In this document: piece by piece, positions 52,212-62,590 of the stretch | Numbering within the stretch: the first letter of the stretch is position 1 | How the letters are laid out: every line of letters begins with the position of its first letter | Source of the DNA: Octopus sinensis | Lineage: Eukaryota | DNA length: 64,000 nt | Direction: 5' to 3' | Assembly: GCF_006345805.1 (NCBI RefSeq) | Contig: NC_042999.1 | Coordinates: 23,064,001 to 23,128,000 of the forward strand | Notes under the pieces: generated by a model | What the model was told of the DNA's origin: nothing | Database searches by the model: none | Seen by the model: only the letters and a program-made list of their open reading frames with translations | Program-made: the position numbers and the translations under genes

Positions 52212-52519
52212 GTATATGTGTATGTATGCTAGTGTCCTTGTTTTGGCACTGACTGACAGTTGTAAATGAGTGTCACTGTCATACAAGCTGTGTCATTCAT
52301 TTGTAACTTTTTGGTCATGGGGAAATATTATTAGGGAGGGCTGAAAAGATCATAGGCTGACTATGAAGAAGTGATACTAGAGTTGTGAAAACTTGTGCAT
52401 GCATTAATCTCAACCCTTATTTTTAATAACTGTACTGATTCTTTTCAGATAAACTGACATCTGATTGTTCAAAGAAACCATCAAAAGTAATTAGTGGTAG
52501 CAGCAAATATGACATTATC

Positions 52520-52878
52520 AGTACCAGTGGCACATAAAACGCACCATTCGAGGGTGATCGTTACCAGCATCGCCTTACCGACACTTATGCCAGTGGCACA
52601 TGAAAAAGCATTTGAGCGAAGTCATTGCCAGTGCCACTGGACTGGCTCCTGTGCAGGTGGCACATAAAAAACACCATTTGAGCGTGGCCGTTGCCAGAAC
52701 CAGCTGACTAGTCCTCGTGCCGGTGGCACGTAAAAGCACCCACTACAATCTCAGAGTGGTTGGCGTTAGGAAGGGCATCCAGCTGTGGAAACTCTGCCAG
52801 ATCAAGATTGGGGCCTGGTGCATCCAACCCATCCCAGCATGGAAAGCGGATGTCAAACGATGATGATGATGATGATGA
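52520..52878 (+). mobile_element. Family C 3' end inserted in mariner relic
   Basis: Hairpin units, tail, (GAT)n. Confidence 0.82.
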
Positions 52879-53897
52879 TTATTTTAACACTGGTTCCCAG
52901 TGAAGTGCTTTTTCATGTGGGGGGGGGGGGCAGATGATAGTGAGATGGGGCCAAATCAGGAGAGCAGAGAAGCTGATCAACCAGTTCAAAGCCACAGTCA
53001 TGCACAGTGGTGGTCATTGAAACTGTGACTTGTGTGCTGGATCATTGTCCTGATGAAACTGGACACCTTTTGTCAGTTTTCCTGGGTGTTTGGTCTTTAT
53101 AGCATTTTGTAACTGCCTCAGCAAGTTGGCATAGTGCTCTCCATTTATGGTGTGGCCCTTTTGAAGATAGTCAATAAATATGGTGCCTTTTGTATCTTCA
53201 AAGCCTGAGGCCATCACTTTCTCTGCAGATGAAATGACCTTAGCCTTCTTTGGAGTAGGTGAGGAGGGGGTGTTTCCACTGCAGGGAATACTCATCCTGG
53301 CTTAGGAAATGTTTAAGGAAAGCAGCCAAGTCTGCCTCCAACAGTGTCAGATTTTCCTGTGATGTGATCAACCTGGAGTGTTTTGATCAGGTGTTGGAAG
53401 ACATGGCACCCACCAAGCAGAACCCTTCATTATGCAAAGTTCATTGTGCAGAATATAAACACAGACACACAAACATATATATTACGAAGGGCTTCTTTCA
53501 GTTTCCATCAACCAAATCCACTCACAAGACTTTGGTCAGCTTGAAGCTAGAGTAAAAGACACTTGCCCAAGGTGCCATGGAGTGGGACTGAACCCAGAAC
53601 CATGTGGTTGGGAAGCAAGCTTCTTACCACACACCCACTCCTACACCTATATGCGTATATAATTTGTTTATATATGTTTGTATATATTGCAGGGAAAGCA
53701 ACCAAGTCTGCCTCCAACAGTGTCAGATTTTCCTGTGATGTGATCAACCAGGTGTGCTTTTGATCAGGTCTTGGAAGACATGGCACCCACCAAGCAGAAA
53801 CCTTCATTATGCAAAGTTCATTGTGCAGAATACTCTCAACTCTCTCACAGGATATGTTAATAGCATTATAGTCATTCATCTGCCATCCATCACTGTG

Positions 53898-54435
53898 CTT
53901 CATCATCATCATCGTTTAACGTCCGTTTTTCATGCTAGCACGGGTTGGACGGTTCGACCAGGGTCTGGGAAGCAAGGAGGCTGCACCAGGCTCCAGTCTG
54001 ATCTGGCAGTGTTTCTACAGCTGGATGCCCTTCCTAACGCCAACCACTCCGTGAGTGTAGTGGGTGCTTTTTACGTGCCACCGGCACAGGTGCCAGTCAA
54101 GGCAGTGGTGACATCGGCCACGTTCGGATGGTGCTTTTTACGTGCCACCGGCACAGAAGCCAGTCAAGGCAGCGCTGGCATTGGCCACATTCGGATGGTG
54201 CTTTTTACATACCACCGGCACAGAAGCCAGTCAAGGCAGCGCTGGCATCGGCCACGTTCGGATGATGATTTTTACATGCCACCGGCACAGAAGCCAGTCA
54301 AGGCAGCGCTGGCATCGGCCACGTTCGGATGGTGCTTTTTACGTGCCACCGGCACAGGTATCACAACTACTATTTCCATTGATATTTATTTCGATGTTCA
54401 TATACTTGACTCAATAGGTCTCCTCAAGCACAGCT
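53898..54435 (-). mobile_element. Family C 3' end with five ~66-bp units, inside mariner relic
   Basis: Units at ~54063, 54130, 54196, 54263, 54330. Confidence 0.85.
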
Positions 54436-55061
54436 GATTGTTCGGAAATCCAAGGTACTTTGAATGGGCTGGGGCTATGCGGAACTGGTGCAGGAAGCAG
54501 CCCGGGTCTTCCTACACCAGTTCTGCATAGCCGTTTTCCTCAATGGTGGAAGTTGTGGGACATCCAGACCTTGGATCATCTTCAAGACTCTCCTTTCCTC
54601 TCCTAAACTCAGCTGCCTACTTTTTCACTGTTGATAAAACTGGAGCATAATCCCCTAACACAGCGACCCTGTTACTATGAATGTTCTTGGGGGCCAAACC
54701 CTTTTTCTGCAGGTACATGATAACACCACAATGCCAAATTCTGTCCATTTGTGAGTGAAGTGACTACCAGTTACTTTTGAACTGTCAGAGGTCAGTTTAC
54801 CTGGAAGGAAACCATGCAGTTATAAATAAGAAAGGTTGAAATTAATGCCTGCAACATTTCACAGCTCTAGCATTATTCCTTCACAGCCAGTTTATGAACC
54901 TTTCAATACAATCTCACACCTTGCTCGAAATAGGTGAGGGTTTGTAACAGGCTGTAGAAAATCTGTCTCATAATTTTAGTCTGATCCATGCAGTATTGAT
55001 TTAAATACACAACCGAAACAACTTCTAAAAGTTCCATGTAATTGTGATACTTTGACAGGCA

Positions 55062-55430
55062 TCTCTATATATATAAACGGCAAAATGTCTGTCTGTGTGT
55101 GTGTCCTTTATACAAATCCACAATTTTTCAGTTAGAGGGCTCTCACTTTCAATGGTTATTCAAAACCGTCCAAGGGTGATCGTGCACATTTTTACATTTC
55201 CCCAGTCACTCCGCAAAGCCATTAAAAAAATCAATAGAAGTGACTTTTTTGTGAATTTTCTATCCAAAACCCAATCAAAATGCCCGAAACTTGATATGCC
55301 AATTGAATGCCAGCTAGCTGTATGTGAGTGGTTGGAGATTTGGACAGTACTCATGTGTATGTGTGTACGCACGCAGCTGTATATGCATGCACTACCACTA
55401 TGACCCGGCGTTGCCAGGTCATAGTGCTAG
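55062..55430 (+). mobile_element. Non-autonomous Helitron, family 1, second copy
   Basis: Homologous to 43454-43822; A|TC...hairpin...CTAG|T; empty site at 49686/49687 and 51318/51319. Confidence 0.92.
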
Positions 55431-55940
55431 TATGTTTATAAAACACACCATGTATCTTAAAGCAATCTTTTAGGCTCTCTTTATACTTTATGTATGAACA
55501 GAGCCTAAAAGATTGCTTTAAGATACATGATATATTTTATAAACATAAGGTTGTCAGATCCTCATATGTCGAAACCAATAGGAGAGTCCATCATTAATCA
55601 TCGTCATTATCATCATTATGTTTGTCAATAACATTATCAAAGGTACATAATAGTTCCATAATATGTTTTTTACAGAAGTAAATTCTTTTTCAATAATTAA
55701 TTTACTATTTTACTATTTGTATGTAACCCAAATATTCTTCACAACGAAGTGAAAAACAAATCACAGAATGAACAGCTCCAAGTCTTAGAAATAGCAAAGT
55801 TGTATAACAGTAAATGGAAAATCAAAGAAAGCATTAGACTGGAATTGGATGTCATGTTTGATGGTATGGATATTCTTGTAGTGAATATGAAGAAGAGAGC
55901 CAATTAAAAGAATAAGGGAAGAAATATGTTGAAAATTTAC

Positions 55941-56051
55941 CAAGAATTCTCCACATTTAGACATCTTGCAATCAGTAATCCAATCTCTGTGACAATCAAA
56001 CAGGATTCGGTGTGGCTGCCAAATTTTGTTCAAATCCCAAATGACAACTTT
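55941..56051 (-). CDS. TEP1: TEP1-like WD40 protein, first exon visible in window (phase 0-0)
   Basis: Polypyrimidine+CAG acceptor, GTAAAT donor; KVVIWDLNKIWQPHRILFDCHRDWITDCKMSKCGEFL; CHRDWITDC resembles the CHRDWVTGC motif I recall in mammalian TEP1. Confidence 0.88.
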
Positions 56052-56148
56052 CTGAAAAAAATAAATGAATAAAAATTGATTAATTTAATTAATCAATTAA
56101 TTAATTAATTAAAAAATAATGATGATGATATGATGATGATGATGATGA

Positions 56149-56217
<69 letters not shown>

Positions 56218-56765
56218 GCCCTGATGCAATACCATGGCTTCTGATCTTGACTAATTGGAAGTGTTATCATGTACATTGTTTTGTCTTGGTATGACTAATT
56301 GGAAGTGTTATCATGTACGTTGTTTTGTCTTGGTATAAAAGATGGGCTACAGCAAATATTCTGCTCAATACCACAGATTTGCTTGTCACTTGGTTGACCT
56401 TAACCAGTTGACCATGTCCCTTAGTGGCTGACGATATGTGCATCTCTGATCATGAGCAGAAGTAGTGGGGGAACATCATAGCCATGTGTTGAGAGGGATT
56501 CTTTGGGGTTTGAATAATTCACCTCTGGAAACATGGGTGTTTCGTTCAACATCCTTAAACAACCCTTATTCAGGGACCTTTTGAGCAGGATGGGTTACTC
56601 GACCAGAAGAAAATTCTAACTGGACTAAACCTGCAAGGTCAGGTGCTGTTTATCTTGATATGAGATCACCATGTCACGCACATATGGTTGTGATGCATGT
56701 GCCTGGTGTACCCTTATCGGACGGGTAGTCCTGATGGATATACTGGGCTTCGTATATTTTACCCC
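56218..56765 (-). mobile_element. Retroposon 3' fragment, family E
   Basis: Long (AAT)n at 56150-56215 abuts the element end. Confidence 0.7.
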
Positions 56766-56809
56766 AGTGGTGGTGGTGGTAGTGGTGATGATGATGATGA
56801 TCTTTTCTA

Positions 56810-57010
56810 CTATAGACACAAGGCCTGGAATTTTGGGGGTGGGGAATAGTTGATTGAATCGACCCCAGTGTGTCACTGGTATTTAATTTATCAACCCTGA
56901 ATGGATGAAAAGCAGAGTTGGACTCGGTGAAATTTGAACTCAGAACATAAAGATAGGTGAATGCTGCTAAGCATTCTGCCCAGCATGCTAACAATTCTGC
57001 CAGCTGCTTT
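56810..57010 (-). mobile_element. Family B SINE
   Basis: Core motif present. Confidence 0.75.
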
Positions 57011-57079
57011 AAAAAATAAGAAGAAGGGGGAGGAGAAGGAGGAGGAGAAGCACTTCTCTGGGAACCAGTATTAAAGTAA

Positions 57080-57460
57080 TCATCATCGTTTAACGTCCGC
57101 TTTCCATGCTGGCATGGGTTGGATGATTTGACTGAGGACTGGTGAACCGGATGGCTGCACCAGGCTCTAATCAGATCTTGCAAAGTTTCTACAACTGGAT
57201 GCCCTTCCTAATGCCAACTACTCCGAGAGTGTAGTGGGTGCTTTTACGTGCCACCGGCATGAGAGCCAGTCAGGCGGTACTAGCAGCAGCCACACTCAAA
57301 TGGCGTTTTTTACGTGCCACCTGCACAGGAGCCAGTCCAGCAGCACTGGTAATGACCTCGCTCAAATGATTTTTAGACGTGTCACTTGCACAAGTGCCAG
57401 TAAGGCGACACTGGTAATGATTATGCTCGAATGGTGCTTTTTACATGCCACCGGGATAAT
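57080..57460 (-). mobile_element. Family C subtype
   Basis: Tail and diverged hairpin units. Confidence 0.8.
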
Positions 57461-57561
57461 AACTGGGATAAATAAATATGTCCTTTATCTTTTCCTGATA
57501 TGTATTTACATTCACTCACATATAAAACTTCATATACAAAGTTATAAGTGCATACAATAAA

Positions 57562-57957
57562 TCTATATATATATAAAGCTGAAGTTGTCTGTGTATGGCA
57601 GGTTTGGTAGCCTTCAACTAACACTATCTCCTCCGAGACCCTGCAGCACAAGTTGACCAAAATTGAGAGTATGATAGAAGAAGGCTTGCTCTTCATTCTG
57701 TCAAAGATAAAATTCAAATCGGACCATGTTAAGACCAAAAATTATTTACATCAAAAAGGTGCTTTTTTTTCTATGAAAATTCCTATTTTTTATGATTTTT
57801 TTTTGACTGCTGTGTTGCCATTTTTCGGTATATTTCAACCAAGAAAATGGTCACTTAAAGAGAATAACAAGCTACATAATGCAAAATTTTTACTTTTCAA
57901 AAATTCCAATTCTAAAGGGTCGGAACAAACCCGAGCAACGCCAGGCGATACTGCTAG
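57562..57957 (+). mobile_element. Non-autonomous Helitron, family 2
   Basis: A|TCTATATATATATAAAG start, degenerate GC hairpin, CTAG|T end. Confidence 0.75.
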
Positions 57958-59204
57958 TTGCTTATATTTGTAGATTTACATTATTTTAATTCCTATATTT
58001 ACTGTCTTCTGTTGTAGCAATTATCGTAACACTCTGTTGCCCTTCTTATCTTCCTTATCACATGGTTGAGAAGAAAGTCTCTCAATTACACAGCTGTGAG
58101 AGAGGGGGAGGGGGTATTTCCTTGACTGGATTGCCCATTGATTTCAGGTCTGAATGATCAGAGTTGAATCTCGCCTAAACAATAATAACACAGTATCAAC
58201 ACACTTTCTAATATAACCGGTTATTTAATCTGTCAAACTGACAAGGACAAATTGAGGAACCATCTTTGGCAGCATTTGACTTCAGAAAGTTGAGGCATAA
58301 ACAAAGTGTCTAAAAACATACAACCCTCTCTTTCATCCCATCATTCCTTTTCCTTATCTCTCTCTCCCCTTTCCCTTTATCTCTTTCTCTCCTTTCCCTT
58401 TATCTCTCTCTATCTATCTATCTGACTGTTTATCTATCTATCAATCTATCTCTCTACCACTCTATATTACCTCTGACTTATCTCAACCCTCAAACACCCT
58501 GCTATAGTAAAAACAGTAAAAGTAAATTCTTCAATAAACTCATGCTGCAGATGTTATTGATTTCCTTGGAGTCATTATGAAATAACTCTTGGTTTAGCCT
58601 TCCTCAGGCAGTTTACAGAAAATCAATATATCTAACAAATTGGTATCAAGACAAGCTTTGAATAACTTCATCAGAGTTTCACTGTATGTTCCGTTTATCT
58701 CTGTTGTATTCCTAATTAAACTTCCCTTCTTTCTTTCTTGTATCAAATTAAAACCAAAGTAGATTGGTGCCATTTTCAAGAATTTCCAGAACTGTTGATA
58801 TGAGATTTCTAAACCTATGACCAAACCAGGTTGTGCTGCTTAAGATCTCTAAAATGAGTGGCATATCAGTTTTTTTTAACTTAATTCAGTCATGAGCTCT
58901 AGGATTCATAAGGCTTCACACAATTTCCATCGCATATAAATGACTAAGATTACAACACTCCCTGCCCCTGCTCCAGAATGGGATCCCAGTAATTACCAGA
59001 ACTCATTAAACAGCTGATTATATTTGGAGTAATGTGAAAAAAATTAAGTGTTTTGCTTAAGAACACAATGCACTGCTTGGCCTAGGAATTGAAATCATGA
59101 TTTTATGATTGTGAGCAAAGCACCCTAACAACTGGGCCACATGCCTTCACAGCTTTTTGAACCGCAGAAAAAAAACACAAATTATATTATTCTGAAACTT
59201 TAAA

Positions 59205-59830
59205 GCTGCCGGAGTGGTCAGGTGGTAAGAAGTTTGCTTCCCAACCACATGGTTCTGGGTTCAGTCCCGCTGCATGGCACTTTTAGCAAGTGTCTTCTAT
59301 TATAGCCTTGTGCAGACCAAAGCCTTGTAAGTGGATTTGGTAGATGGAAACTGAAAGAAGCATATTGTATGTGTGTGTATGTGTGTGTGTGTGTCTTTGT
59401 GTTTGTGTTTATCCCCAACTGCTTGACAACCAATGTTGGTGTGTTCATGTCCTTGTAACCCAGTGCTTTGGTAAAAGTGACTGATAGAATGAGTACCAAG
59501 CTTTAAACAAATAAGAACCAGGATCAATTCCTTCAACTAAAAATTCTTCAAGATGATGCAGCGTGGCCACAGTCTAACCCTTTCCTTACGAACCCGGCTG
59601 AAACCGGCTCTGGCTCCGAGTACAAATCTTTTGTTTCATAAAGTTTGAATTAAAATCTTCTACTAAACCTTAGTCATAATTTATGTTCCTAACACTAGCT
59701 TAATGATTACGGAGTTATTTTACAAAATTCTTTGTTACATTTAAAGTAATTGAAAGAAATACAGAGCATCTCAAAATAAATACAGTAACGAAAGGGCTAA
59801 TGACTGAAACAAGTAAAAGATAATAATAAT
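59205..59830 (+). mobile_element. Diverged SINE family A interrupted by MITE
   Basis: Head at 59205, tail resumes TGACTGAAACAAGTAAAAG at 59801. Confidence 0.75.
59578..59796. mobile_element. Same MITE family, reversed, flanked by CTAA
   Basis: CCCTTTCCTTACG...GTAACGAAAGGG with CTAA on both sides, inside a SINE tail. Confidence 0.85.
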
Positions 59831-60215
59831 AATGAAATTATTGTAGAGTGCTCAGGTACACCACAACTTGTCAGAAAGTGCGTATAGAGTATATGCAGTA
59901 ATGTACAAATGTCTGGAAAGCGAACAGTGTATGAGTCAGATACATGCTTGTGTGTGTATGGAGGGGAGAAAATCAGGTGTAGTGTTGGCGAATCTCAGAA
60001 AGCATGGAAGTTTTGAAGGATGCAGTGCTCCAACAACTAACAACTGATGCCAGCAGTTTGTTCCATGCTTCAGCAACTCTCAGAGTGAAAAAATGTTGCT
60101 GTGCTGTTTTCTGACTTTGTAAATATGTCCACGGGTGTTAGACGGGTGGAGTTTGAAAAGGTGCTCAGAGTTATTGTTTGTAAGATGGTTAATAATTTTA
60201 TGGATGTCTGCCAAT
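59822..60215 (-). mobile_element. CR1/L2-group LINE 3' fragment
   Basis: HKIINHL..EHLFKLHPSNTRGHIYKV..FSLRVAEAWNKL..VV..TASFK, the CR1 ORF2 C-terminal signature; (ATT)n tail. Confidence 0.8.
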
Positions 60216-61037
60216 AAAAGATAAAAGATACCTTCAAAAATAGAATGTATAAGTTGAAATAAAGTGAGGGTTGGCTACATTAAATCCTCATCAATTAATT
60301 ACAATTTTGACATTATCTAATTATCCTCTATTTCAAGTCTTGCTGTCTATTTTGTGGCGTTGGAAAAATAAGTTTGGTGGGCCTGTTATTAATAACATCT
60401 TCACTGCTGTTTTTATAACATTTGCAGAAAGAGGAAAGTATAACTGGATGTAGAATATTTTCTAGCTAATAAGTACTGATTTGAAACTTTCGAGAGGCAT
60501 TTTATTTTGTACAGCATTAATTTGATCAGTGAAACAGCAAGAGCTGGCACAGAGACTGCTACTAATGTAATTTGCATCCTTTTAGAAGTCTATTTTTAAT
60601 AAGAGAACAATACAATATAATGCAAAGCATATTTTGTTAAATATTTAAAAAATTAATGTATATATATATATATTATTCAAAGAAATTCCAACTCTGTTTT
60701 TTATGTTTTATTTATATTATTTTTTATAAAAAAGTAGAATATAGAATAGCAAGTACAAATATATATATATAGTAAAATGAAATGAAGTATTGATTGTCTT
60801 ATTGAATATATGAAATATTGAATATAAAATATTAAGGGACTAATATACTTTCTTGCATTATAGCATTCTTCAAGGTCTCAGGTTGTGACAGGAGTCTTTC
60901 AACTCCTGTGAGTGTGTGTGTGTGTATATATATATATAATATACACACACACATTCACATATTAAGAGTTATTCTTTGTAAGCCTATTACTCATTCTACC
61001 AGTCGCCAAGCCTGTGCATTTATATTATATATATATC

Positions 61038-61086
<49 letters not shown>

Positions 61087-61112
61087 TATATATTATATAT
61101 ATAATATTTATT

Positions 61113-61301
61113 TATTCTTTTACTTGTTTCAGTCATATGGCTGTGGCCATGCTGGAGCACTGCCTTTAGTTGACCAAATCGATCCCAGGACATATTCTTT
61201 GTAAGCCTAGTACTATCAGTCTCTTTTGCCGAACCACTAAGTTACAGATATGTAAACCCACCAGCATTGATTGTCAAGCAATGTTGGGGGGGACAAACAC
61301 A

Positions 61302-61387
<86 letters not shown>

Positions 61388-61563
61388 ATACACACACACA
61401 CACATATATATATGATGGGCTTCTTTCAGTTTCCGTCTGCTCACAAGGCTTTGGCCAGCCTGAGGCTATAGTAGAAGACACTTGCTCAAGGTACTACGCA
61501 GTGGGACTGAACCTGGAACCATGTTGCTCATTCGCAAGCTACTTACCACACAGCCACTCCTAT
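61113..61563 (-). mobile_element. SINE family A
   Basis: Colinear copy. Confidence 0.85.
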
Positions 61564-61589
61564 GCCATATATATAATCTATATATAATC

Positions 61590-61760
61590 CAAATATGAAC
61601 AAGCAAGAAAAAACAACAACAGAGTTATTGGACGCTCAGGAAAGAAAAGAAAGAAGATTTCACGTTTAGTTTGGAGCTCTTCGTCAGAAATATAGAAAAA
61701 GTCCAAAGAAGGGAAGACGGAGAAAGGAAATCGCCAATGATACACACGCAGTCACATATT
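61590..61760 (-). mobile_element. Penelope-like terminal remnant with decayed hammerhead
   Basis: AUUU-CUGACGA-AGAGCUCCAAACU-AAAC-GUG-AAAU at 61657-61691. Confidence 0.4.
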
Positions 61761-61764
61761 GAAA

Positions 61765-61841
61765 AAAAAATACATATATATGGACACATACATATACATA
61801 TAAATACATATACATACATATATATATATACATATACATAC

Positions 61842-61873
<32 letters not shown>

Positions 61874-62590
61874 ATATATATAAACACATATACATACATA
61901 TATATATACACATATACATACATATATATATACATATAATATATAATATACATATACATACATATACATATATATATACTATACATACATATATACATAT
62001 ACATTATATATATATAACATAACATATATATATATACATATACTACATATATATACATATACCTACATATATATATATAACATACATACATATATAATAT
62101 ACATATACATATATATATATACTATACATACATATATATATATACATATACATACAATATATATATACATATACATAAATATTATATCTATACAACATAT
62201 ATATATATACTATACATATATATATACATATACATACATATATAATATACATACACATATATATATATATACATACATATATAATATATACATACATATA
62301 TTATATATAATATACATTATATATATATATATACATATCATATATTATATATACATATATATATACATATACATACATATATTACATATACATACTATAT
62401 TATATATATACATATATATAATACATATACATACAATAATATATTATTCTCATACATATATATATATATACATACATTATATATATATACATACAATATA
62501 TACATATCATGACATACATATATATAGATATACATATACATATATAACATATACAATATATAAACATATATAATATACATATACATAATA
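61765..62590. repeat. (TA)/(TACA) compound microsatellite
   Basis: Direct inspection. Confidence 0.9.

Larger units (their letters stand above)
52335..54910 (-). pseudogene. Mariner transposase relic interrupted by three retroposon insertions
   Basis: MDRIWHCGVIMYLQKKGLAPKNIH..STVKK*AAEFRRGKESLEDDPRSG (54533-54748); GTIFIDYLQKGHTINGEHYANLL..FHQDNDPAHKS (53014-53295); SPDLAPSHYHL near 52940-52980. Confidence 0.88.

Noticed and set aside
58020-60620. Further upstream TEP1 exons
   Set aside because: Acceptor-like sites near 58085, 58310 and 60590 give no WD40-like peptide with a phase 0 donor
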